From positions 46,395 through 110,394 of the forward strand of contig CAWFAZ010000045.1 in NCBI GenBank assembly GCA_963813995.1: 64,000 nucleotides of DNA, read 5' to 3'. The notes below the pieces were generated by a model that ran no database searches, was not told the DNA's origin, and saw only the letters and a program-made list of their open reading frames with translations. A program made the position numbers and the translations under genes. The DNA comes from an uncultured Verrucomicrobiae bacterium (GTDB taxonomy: Bacteria > Verrucomicrobiota > Verrucomicrobiia > Limisphaerales > Palsa-1400). Every line of letters begins with the position of its first letter. Positions within the stretch are counted from its first letter, which is position 1. Shown one piece after another: positions 20,659 through 28,061 of this stretch.

Positions 20659-21519
20659 GCGCCGACTTCACTTTTGACCCGCCCCTTTTTTCTCAAGAAA
20701 GGCTTTCGGTTTGAAAGGCGGTTTTAAATTTCTCAAGAGCAACTTGCGTTGAACTATATTGCCCCGAAAAAAACCGTGAAATTTTCGGCATTTTGCAAAG
20801 TCAGAACCAGTTGTCAGCAAGGCACTTGCATAATTTGCAATTATGTACAGTTGACAATGGTCAGGCTGCGGCGCTCCGACTGGCGGCTTTTCAGAACTTT
20901 AGCCTTTAGATTTTGGTCTTTCCCTTCAACCCGTCACAACCATTGTCAATCAGGTATTTACGAAAGGCCAACCCGTAACAACACTTTTTGCTCGCGGCGC
21001 GACAAGAATTACAACGATTATTTGTTAGACAGAGGCGACTGCTTCGGTGAATGTCGGTCTGTCGTCTGGAAATTATTTGTTTGGGGAAACTGTATGAAGA
21101 ATATACAACGACCGGGCCGCTCTCTCGTTCAGACATTGACACTTGAAAGTCAGTAAATCTTTAACAAATGAATTGGCGCTGGAAAAAATAAGCGGGAAAG
21201 AACAGTGAAGAATGCAAAATACTCGATTCCGAGGACTGACCCTTTCATAAACCGCAAACAACATCATTGGTATTTTACATCGCCAATTTTTTCGTTTAAT
21301 CTTGATTCTGGCGGCAAATGAAGGCATAAAGCGAATGCCCAAGTCTAAAGATGGATATCCCGAATCAGTTTCAGATACATGGCAAGTTCAGCGTTGGCAG
21401 AACCGCCGTGCAAGGTTTGAATCGAGTGAACAGATTTAGCATAGTCTCGAACATGGGACAGAAAATCGCGAATTCAATGAAAGAATCGGCCTTCGCATGA
21501 TGAAAGCACTTGTCTTCAA

Positions 21520-21861
21520 ATGAAAAAGATTTATCTTGCTCCATATTGCATTGCGTTGGCAGCCGGCAACTGTTTTCTGCCTTTATTACTTGGTCAAGTC
21601 GCGCAGCTTATGCAAACAGTGTATCATCGGGTGGAGGGGTGGAAATATTTACTACTAACTACCACGCAATTCGCACTCGCCCTTCCCCCGTGGTTTTGGA
21701 TTTTCACTGCACTTTCGGTTCTGGCTGTGCTGGGTTTGTTCATTCGGAGAGTGTCGGTTTTGCTGTTGGTACATTGGCTCTTGGCAGTCTGCATTCTGGA
21801 GTGCATGGCTCTATTTTTCTTTGCGTGGGGCATTTGCTCCAGTTTGGGTGATTTAAAATAG
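21520..21861 (+). CDS. Hypothetical small multi-TM membrane protein in the AT-rich patch
   Basis: 113 aa with three or four hydrophobic helices (FALALPPWFWIFTALSVLAVLGLF, LLLVHWLLAVCILECMALFFFAWGI). No recognisable family and atypical composition. Confidence 0.35.
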   Translation: MKKIYLAPYCIALAAGNCFLPLLLGQVAQLMQTVYHRVEGWKYLLLTTTQFALALPPWFWIFTALSVLAVLGLFIRRVSVLLLVHWLLAVCILECMALFFFAWGICSSLGDLK

Positions 21862-22089
21862 TGTTGGAAATGAGCCGCTGGTGGATTACATTGATTACAC
21901 ACAGAACGGCACAGAGGCGATGAGGATGCAAAACACATGGAATAATCTGAAGCGGCTGACGGGCATTGGCACGACGACCAATTGGACGGCGATGACGAGT
22001 TTCCATGGCAGGGGTCATAAAAGGTCAGTGAAAGAGCCTTCGGTCTGGCCCCGCTTAAAACCGATTTGCGTCTCAGGGGCGCACCCTGG

Positions 22090-22437
22090 TCAATGATCGC
22101 CACAACAACCCGGCGCCGGGTCGGCCACAGTGGTCGAAGCTTTCAGCCTGGTGATTTTTACACGGAATTCGTCCGGGCCTTTTACGAGGTGCTCCCAAGT
22201 GAACGCCCCAGGCCATTGCGCGGAGAACTGGTAGTAGAGCGGAACGGGATCGTGGTCGTTTAACAGAATGAAATGGCCGCCGACCGGAAGGTCGAGCCAT
22301 GTTTGGATGATCAGGCCGTGTTTAGCCGGACAGGGGATTGGACGCACGTCCATGATTCGATCCGGTCCGATCAGCCCCAAAAGCTTTCGGGGTTCGCTTT
22401 GCATTGTTTTGTTCATAGTTGATGGATTTTTGTTCAT
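22090..22437 (-). CDS. DUF2249-domain protein (NDHDP-PLYYQ subtype)
   Basis: DVRPIPCPAKHGLIIQTWLDLPVGGHFILLNDHDPVPLYYQF matches the DUF2249 pattern as I remember it. It starts 1 nt after the DUF59 gene stop. Confidence 0.75.
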   Translation of the reverse strand: MNKNPSTMNKTMQSEPRKLLGLIGPDRIMDVRPIPCPAKHGLIIQTWLDLPVGGHFILLNDHDPVPLYYQFSAQWPGAFTWEHLVKGPDEFRVKITRLKASTTVADPAPGCCGDH

Positions 22438-22438
22438 G

Positions 22439-22756
22439 TTAAAAAGTTCCGACTCCGGTGGCGTTCCGTCCGAATTCGGTCATCATCGAAGGGTGCCACG
22501 GCGGATCCCAGACCACTTGGACTTCGGCTTCCTCCACGCCCGGGAGGTTGAGCAGCGCATTTTGCGCGCCCCATCGGATGCTTTCATGCATCGGGCAACC
22601 GGGGGTGGTGAGCGTCATGACCACGGTCACTTTTTTGTCCGTGATGGAGACGCTGTAAACCAAACCCAGATCAACAATGTTGCAACCCAATTCCGGGTCA
22701 ACGACCTGGCGCAAAGTCTCAACGACGGCCTCTTCAGTGATTTCGTTTGTCGTCAT
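22439..22756 (-). CDS. DUF59/SufT-like metal-sulfur cluster assembly protein
   Basis: The internal ATG at 22756 of track ORF 22439..23407 gives MTTNEITEEAVVETLRQVVDPELGCNIVDLGLVY...TLTTPGCPM...VWDPPW. An ATGA overlap links it to the upstream gene. Confidence 0.85.
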   Translation of the reverse strand: MTTNEITEEAVVETLRQVVDPELGCNIVDLGLVYSVSITDKKVTVVMTLTTPGCPMHESIRWGAQNALLNLPGVEEAEVQVVWDPPWHPSMMTEFGRNATGVGTF

Positions 22757-24204
22757 GCTGTTTTTGGTGTGGCGGGTGTTGGCAGAGTGAACGGCTGGAG
22801 TGCGGGTTTGAAGAAATGGGCGAGCATCTTGCCGGCGTTGAGTGCGAGGGTGGCCACGCCAAGGGCCAGAAAACCGCCGCCGATGCGAACCCCTGTTCCG
22901 TTGGAAAGGACGATGGCGCCGGATGTTACCGCGAGTCCGGCCAGCCAGGCCCAGTAACCCAGTGCTTGCAGCCGGGCTGAATAAAGGTCCGCCAGCGAAG
23001 GAACCCGGGCGCGGCCGATTTGCCGGCTGTAACGGCCGAACCAGACGAGAAAGGGGATGATTTTGTAAAGCATGCCAATGATCGCGAACGTGATAACGCC
23101 GATCAGTCCGAGAAAGCCGTAGAGGTTTTCGAGTTGACCGGTGAAGGTGTTCAGCGGCAAACCGGGCCAGGACAGCACCACGGCCAGCGCGGACAGCGGC
23201 CACAGGAGCACGATTGCTGTCAAGAAATATCTTATGCCCCAATCCAGGACGCGGCGTTTGCGGGCGCGCAGGATGGCCCTGAGTTCCCAACCGTAAACCG
23301 CCAGCGCCGCAACAACAACCAGGGCAAAGGCCGGTTTCAGAGGACTGCGCAGCAGGATCGTCACGAATGAGCCGGCCAGCCCGATGTTGAGCAAAGCGAC
23401 GCTGCACGCCGCGCGCCGCCGGTTCTGCAATTCGCTCAGGGTGAACATTGGAATGAGTTTATAGGATACGCCGACAATGAGCATGGTGAAGCAACCCACG
23501 CCGCCAAGATGAGCGTGCGCATGCATCGTGCTCATGGCGTCAAAATGTGCCATAAAGCCCGCGACCGACCTCAATCCGTGCAGGAGGGCGCCCACGGCTC
23601 CAGTCGGGGACGATCCAGGTTCGGATTCGTAGGCGCATTTCGCCGCCGCGATGGACAGGCCCGCGATGATCGCAAGCGAAATCCACGCGAGCGCGGCGCC
23701 GACCGCGGCAGCCGTGACGTTCCATTTCGGCACGCGCCGGAGGGTTCGCGCCATGTTATAGACAAAGAGGCCGACTCCCACAGCCAGCACGCAGCCAAAA
23801 TGCCCCACTTGCTTCATATTCCAGACCCGGAACATCCAGACCATTCCAATGAAGCCGACGACGTGAAAGACGAAATGCCAGCGCGCGAGTCTTTCGCTGT
23901 AGAGCTTGGTTTCAAGGGCGACGGGCACAAGTTGATACATCGCCCCCATGACGACCGAGCAAATCCAGCCAAGCACAAACAGGTGTGTCGCAGCGATGAC
24001 ATATTGGTTGTAGTGGTAGGTGGCAAGGATGTCAGGTTGGAGCACGAGCCAGGCAACGCCCGCGCATAACGCCAGCAAACCGGTCATGATGAACATCAGC
24101 GGCAACACTATGGAAGGCGCGTTTGCCCCCAAAAGCGGACCGGTGGCAACCGTCCGTGCTGGGGATGGATTAATGGCGGCGGATATGGGTAAGGAAAGTT
24201 CCAT
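22753..24204 (-). CDS. Multi-pass membrane protein with a motif resembling helix II of heme-copper oxidase subunit I
   Basis: Internal ATG at 24204 (MELSLPISAAI..). More than 10 hydrophobic helices. YNQYVIAATHLFVLGWICSVVMGAMYQLVP resembles the YN..V.AH.F.M....LVP helix of oxidase subunit I. A His cluster HAHAHLGG is present, but I see no helix-X His pair. The start is uncertain and overlaps the upstream gene by 35 nt. Confidence 0.7.
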   Translation of the reverse strand: MELSLPISAAINPSPARTVATGPLLGANAPSIVLPLMFIMTGLLALCAGVAWLVLQPDILATYHYNQYVIAATHLFVLGWICSVVMGAMYQLVPVALETKLYSERLARWHFVFHVVGFIGMVWMFRVWNMKQVGHFGCVLAVGVGLFVYNMARTLRRVPKWNVTAAAVGAALAWISLAIIAGLSIAAAKCAYESEPGSSPTGAVGALLHGLRSVAGFMAHFDAMSTMHAHAHLGGVGCFTMLIVGVSYKLIPMFTLSELQNRRRAACSVALLNIGLAGSFVTILLRSPLKPAFALVVVAALAVYGWELRAILRARKRRVLDWGIRYFLTAIVLLWPLSALAVVLSWPGLPLNTFTGQLENLYGFLGLIGVITFAIIGMLYKIIPFLVWFGRYSRQIGRARVPSLADLYSARLQALGYWAWLAGLAVTSGAIVLSNGTGVRIGGGFLALGVATLALNAGKMLAHFFKPALQPFTLPTPATPKTA

Positions 24205-24439
24205 CGGGTTGTTCCTCGGTGACTGCGGCGAAACCCCGCTCTTCAAGTTGCGCATATAAATGCACGGGCCGGCGGTCTGTGAAAGCGCGCAATTCCGCGC
24301 CCGCGGGCAGGGCAGCCAGGGATTCAAGGATTTTGACCAGTGGTTGCGGCGGTTCGAGTCCGCGGGCGTCCACTTCCACGACTGGCACCGGATCGGATGC
24401 GGCTCCGTTGCGCGGGCTTGCATCTGTCTTGTTGTTCAT
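24170..24439 (-). CDS. DUF2249-domain protein (RGLEPPQP subtype)
   Basis: VDARGLEPPQPLVKILESLAALPAGAELRAFTDRRPVHLYAQLEERGF is the typical DUF2249/TusA-like pattern. Confidence 0.65.
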   Translation of the reverse strand: MNNKTDASPRNGAASDPVPVVEVDARGLEPPQPLVKILESLAALPAGAELRAFTDRRPVHLYAQLEERGFAAVTEEQPDGTFLTHIRRH

Positions 24440-24453
24440 GGCGAAAAAGGGGT

Positions 24454-24846
24454 TCAGGCTTGGGCAGCCAAAGCAGTTTGAGTTTGAGGCGCGGGATCTG
24501 GAATCCGGGCTGGCTTCAACAAGGTTAAGAGCATGGAGAATTGCTGTGTGGCTTTGACCGCATGCGGGAGATTGGGCGGCATATACAACAGGTCGCCGGT
24601 TTTCAGGTTGCGCGGCACGCCAGCCAGGGAGAATTCACATGCGCCTGACAAAATCTGAATCAGCGCGTGCTGGGTGGAGGTGTGTTCCGTCAGTTCCTGG
24701 CCTTCCGCGAAACCGAACAGCACAGTTCGTGAATGGGGCGTGTGCAGCAGAGTGCGGCTGACAATGCCGTTCGGCGCGTATTGGGTTTCGGCGGACAGGG
24801 ACAAGATTTTCCCGCACCCGGAATCAATGAGCGGTCGTTCATTCAT
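24454..24846 (-). CDS. Cupin-domain protein, first gene of the operon
   Basis: 130 aa. Cupin motifs GQELTEHTSTQHALIQILSG and GDLLYMPPNLPHAV. Confidence 0.8.
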   Translation of the reverse strand: MNERPLIDSGCGKILSLSAETQYAPNGIVSRTLLHTPHSRTVLFGFAEGQELTEHTSTQHALIQILSGACEFSLAGVPRNLKTGDLLYMPPNLPHAVKATQQFSMLLTLLKPARIPDPAPQTQTALAAQA

Positions 24847-24880
24847 GCGTTCAAGTTAACCGCTGGATGCGGTCCGCGCT

Positions 24881-24894
24881 TTGACTTGGGTCAA
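24881..24894. promoter_or_regulatory. Perfect FNR/Dnr-type box TTGACTTGGGTCAA
   Basis: A perfect inverted repeat TTGAC-N4-GTCAA. Its centre lies 41.5 nt upstream of the A of the cupin ATG (24846). A TTAACT hexamer lies 7 nt upstream of that ATG on the minus strand. Confidence 0.55.
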
Positions 24895-25264
24895 GGATTC
24901 CTCATTTTCTTCATTTTACGCGAAGGCATGAATCTGTTATCGGTGGGATATGAAACTTGGGATGCGGCAAAAACTCGCGCGGGAGTTCTTTGAGGGGAAA
25001 AATCAGAAAAGTCGGGCAACTCATCCGGCTGGCAAAAACTTTTTCCCGCCGTGCTTCCCGAACGAACTCCTCCCGCAGTTCTGCCCGATGAAGTTCCGTC
25101 CGGGTCTGTCACCAGGTCCTGGTGACTGGCACGTATCCGGGGATGGGGTATGCTTTCCTCGTTGAAGGTGTGAAATGCAGTGTTCTGTGTGTGTGAAATT
25201 AGGCGTATGTCTGCGGCGCCGCACCTGAAACGCAAAGATTTAAAACTTTGTTCTCATACACGAA

Positions 25265-25296
25265 GGCCGGGCCAAAAACCCGGCCTTTTTGCTTTT
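25265..25296 (+). terminator. Rho-independent terminator with no convincing upstream ORF
   Basis: ggccggg-ccaaaaa-cccggcc followed by tttttgctttt. Confidence 0.55.
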
Positions 25297-25390
25297 AATA
25301 GGGCGCCATCGAACGGGATGGATCGGCCTTGGCCTCCCAAGGCATTGCCTGCTTGCTTTGTGCCGCCTCGGAGCCTATCGTGGCTGGGAT

Positions 25391-25624
25391 GTGAAAGAAC
25401 CGTTCATCAACTTGGAGGAAAAGATTGATCGATTTGCCGGCCGCCGCACAAACCCGCCCGACGGTCTAAAAGCCGGGATGCAATTGCAGGCGGCAGCGGT
25501 GGAATTTCACCGGGCGTTTAAACATCGCTGGGCGGCCAAAGGCGTCTATCGCTTCAAAACCCACGAGGAGGCGGACCAATGGATGATGAAAATGCTGGCG
25601 CGCGGCGGCCCGGGCAAGACCTAG
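25391..25624 (+). CDS. Hypothetical small protein (start uncertain)
   Basis: The C-terminal part of track ORF 25289..25624 looks protein-like (..AAKGVYRFKTHEEADQWMMKML..). GTG at 25391 is the first plausible start after the terminator. Confidence 0.3.
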   Translation: MKEPFINLEEKIDRFAGRRTNPPDGLKAGMQLQAAAVEFHRAFKHRWAAKGVYRFKTHEEADQWMMKMLARGGPGKT

Positions 25625-25705
25625 AGTGCCGCCCGCCGCTCCAAGGCGACGTGGTGGTCGGAGGGTTCGCCGAGAACGGCCAGGAACCGCCGTCATAAAG
25701 CGGGC

Positions 25706-27607
25706 ATGTCTGCCATCCTCGCCGCCACTGATTTGGTCGTCCGCTACGGTGAGCGGACGATCCTGGATGCCGCCACGCTGGGCATTGAGGAGGGCGACCG
25801 CATTGGATTGGTCGGACGCAACGGCTGCGGGAAGACGACGTTCCTGAAAATTCTCGCCGGCTTGCAAACACCCGACAGCGGGGAAGTCACGGCCCGGCGC
25901 GAATTGGTGGTGAGTTATCTGTCGCAGGATTTCACGCTGGAGACGTCGCTGGACGTGCGGGGCAATGTCCGCAGGGGAGCGTGGCACACGCTGGATTTGA
26001 TCGCGGAATTCGAATCACTGCCCGCCGAGTCGAAACGGCACGAGGAACTGGAACGCCGCATTGAGGCGCTCGAAGGCTGGACGCTGGATCAACGTGTCGA
26101 AGCCGCGATGTCGCATCTGAACTGCCCGCCGGGCGGCCGGCGGATGGATTCCCTCTCCGGCGGCGAGCAACGGCGCGTGGCACTGGCCCGGGCCATAGTG
26201 TCGCAGCCGGAACTCCTTATACTTGACGAACCGACGAACCATCTCGACCCCGAATCCATCGAATGGGTGGCCGGCTTTCTTGAGAATTTCAAAGGCGCGT
26301 TTCTCGTTGTCACGCACGACCGCTATTTCCTGGACCGGGTGGTCAACCGCATCGTGGAGTTGTGCGATGGGAAGTTTTTCGGGCACGCGGGCAATTACAC
26401 GGATTACCTGCTCGACAGAGCCGAGCGCCAGGCGGCCGACGCGAGCATCGAGCACAAGCGCCAGATGTTTTTGAAAAAGGAACTGGCCTGGGTCCGCCAG
26501 GGTCCGCGAGCGCAACGCAGCAAACAGAAGAACCGTTTCGAGCGTTACTACGACACCGCCGCGCAGGAGGGAGCGCTGGTCGAGGAGGACATGGAACTGG
26601 TCATTCCGCCCCCGCCGCCGCTGGGCAACCGCGTGGTGGAATTGGTGAACCTGGGGATGGAACTCGGAGGACGCGCGCTGTTCAACGGATTCAACTTCGC
26701 GTTTAAAAATGGACAGCGCGTCGGCATCTGCGGAAAAAACGGCCTGGGCAAAACGACCTTGCTCAAACTCATCATCGGCCAGCTCGCGCCGACCGAAGGC
26801 ACGGTGAAGGTTGGCCGGCTCACGAAATTCAACTATGTGGACCAGTCGGGGCTGGAGTTGGACGACGAACGCACCGTTCTGGACGAGGCCGCCGACGGCA
26901 CGGAGTTTGTGCAATGGGGCGAGTCCAAAATTTCCCTGCGCAGCTACCTCAAACGCTTTCTTTTCGCCGATGAACGCATCACGACGCAGGTGAAACATCT
27001 CTCCGGCGGCGAGCGCAGCCGGCTCCTCCTGGCGCGCATTTTAAAGTGCGGCGGCAACTTTCTCATGCTGGACGAGCCGACGAACGATCTGGACCTGCCG
27101 ACGCTGCGCGTGCTGGAAGAGGCGCTGCTGGCGTTCCCGGGAGTGGTGTGCGTCGTCAGCCACGACCGTTATTTCCTCAACCGCGTCTGCACGGACATCC
27201 TGGCGTTCGAGGGCGACGGCGCCATCCATCACAGCGCCGGGGACTATGATTATTACCTGGAGAAAAAGTCAAAGGCGGCGGAAGCGTCCGCGCGCCGGAC
27301 GATGGAAGCAAGAAAACCAGCGGTGAAATCCTCCCGCCGCGCCGGAGCCGCGCCGAAGCCGGCCAAACCCGGCAAACTCACCTTCAAGGAAGCGCGCGAG
27401 TTGGAAGGGATCGAGCCGCAAATCCTCGCTTTGGAGAAGGAGATTGCGCGGATTGAAGGATTGTTTGCGTCGCCGAATTTTCATCGCACCCACGCGACAC
27501 AAACCAACGAACTGGTCGCGGAACTTAAGGCTGCCAGGGAAAAGCTGCCCCGGCTTTACGCCCGGTGGGAGGAGTTGGAGGCGCTCAAGTCCGCTGCTGC
27601 AAAGTAA
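25706..27607 (+). CDS. ABC-F family ATPase (Uup-like, two ABC domains plus a C-terminal coiled coil)
   Basis: Walker A GRNGCGKTT and GKNGLGKTT. Signatures LSGGEQRRVALARA and LSGGERSRLLLARIL. No TM domain. Coiled-coil tail. Confidence 0.9.
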   Translation: MSAILAATDLVVRYGERTILDAATLGIEEGDRIGLVGRNGCGKTTFLKILAGLQTPDSGEVTARRELVVSYLSQDFTLETSLDVRGNVRRGAWHTLDLIAEFESLPAESKRHEELERRIEALEGWTLDQRVEAAMSHLNCPPGGRRMDSLSGGEQRRVALARAIVSQPELLILDEPTNHLDPESIEWVAGFLENFKGAFLVVTHDRYFLDRVVNRIVELCDGKFFGHAGNYTDYLLDRAERQAADASIEHKRQMFLKKELAWVRQGPRAQRSKQKNRFERYYDTAAQEGALVEEDMELVIPPPPPLGNRVVELVNLGMELGGRALFNGFNFAFKNGQRVGICGKNGLGKTTLLKLIIGQLAPTEGTVKVGRLTKFNYVDQSGLELDDERTVLDEAADGTEFVQWGESKISLRSYLKRFLFADERITTQVKHLSGGERSRLLLARILKCGGNFLMLDEPTNDLDLPTLRVLEEALLAFPGVVCVVSHDRYFLNRVCTDILAFEGDGAIHHSAGDYDYYLEKKSKAAEASARRTMEARKPAVKSSRRAGAAPKPAKPGKLTFKEARELEGIEPQILALEKEIARIEGLFASPNFHRTHATQTNELVAELKAAREKLPRLYARWEELEALKSAAAK

Positions 27608-27653
27608 GTTGCTATACGGAGTTGAATTGACATGCAGGTGTGTCCCATTCGGG

Positions 27654-28031
27654 CTAATCGTTCACCCATTTCATGCTTCGAATATCTACAAACTTGCCGC
27701 CACACTTGCATGCCAGATTCCCATCCGGCGATTTTACGGCCTCGCACTTGGGGCAAACCAAAGTTAAAACTCGCTGTTCATCTCGATAGCGCGAAAGCAG
27801 CCACACACCCGCAATGCCTGCAGCAACTAACGGGCCTGCGATCCATCTGGGCAAACTTCCTTGAGTAGGCAAATGCATCCCGTACCAAACGGCACCAATG
27901 CGTTTAGTCGAACGAATTGCCACGATGAACACCGATGCCAAAATCCAAAAAATAATAGCGCCTCTCCAGTCCTTCCTCCGTCTGACCACTTTATCAGACT
28001 GCATTTCTTCGACTGACTTCTGACACCACAT
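27654..28031 (-). CDS. Small two-TM protein with a C-terminal zinc ribbon
   Basis: IIFWILASVFIVAI and IAGPLVAAGIAGVWLL helices, then CPKCEAVKSPDGNLACKCGG. It starts 30 nt downstream of the kinase gene on the same strand. Lower GC than its neighbours. Confidence 0.45.
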   Translation of the reverse strand: MWCQKSVEEMQSDKVVRRRKDWRGAIIFWILASVFIVAIRSTKRIGAVWYGMHLPTQGSLPRWIAGPLVAAGIAGVWLLSRYRDEQRVLTLVCPKCEAVKSPDGNLACKCGGKFVDIRSMKWVND

Positions 28032-28061
28032 AATAATTGTCCGGGTCCGGCAAAAGTTGGC

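Noticed and set aside
20749-21156. 135-aa plus-strand ORF and 89-aa minus-strand ORF (21073..21342) in the AT-rich patch.
   Set aside because: Both are Cys/Arg/Phe-rich and lack hydrophobic-core periodicity, family motifs and codon bias. They are most likely chance ORFs in AT-rich DNA.
21412-21430. ggtttgaatcgag, resembling a tRNA T-arm (GGTTCGAATCC).
   Set aside because: No acceptor stem, anticodon arm or D-arm can be folded around it.
20660-22089. Calling the AT-rich patches (also 37580..38080, 45750..47240 and 50130..50900) mobile elements or prophage remnants.
   Set aside because: No transposase, integrase, terminal inverted repeats, tRNA attachment site or direct-repeat flanks could be identified. 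Only the compositional anomaly is supported.
24992-25020. gaggggaaaaatcagaaaagtcgggcaac, reminiscent of the RNase P RNA GAGGAAAGUCCGGGC core, within a ~400-nt region ending in a terminator.
   Set aside because: The match is imperfect. The other universally conserved RNase P blocks (GGUAAGAGCGCACC-like and ACAGAAnCCGGCUUA-like) are absent on either strand.
24891-25235. 114-aa minus-strand ORF and overlapping plus-strand ORFs in the 24.9 to 25.3 kb intergenic region.
   Set aside because: Their composition is implausible and there is no start context. The region is better explained as regulatory or sRNA sequence.
25265-25705. The terminator plus small ORF upstream of the ABC-F gene as an antibiotic-responsive attenuator, as seen for ARE-type ABC-F genes.
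   Set aside because: The terminator is ~410 nt upstream of the ABC-F start, with an intervening possible gene. The ABC-F also looks Uup-like (C-terminal coiled coil) rather than ARE-like. I found no leader peptide or anti-terminator pairing.
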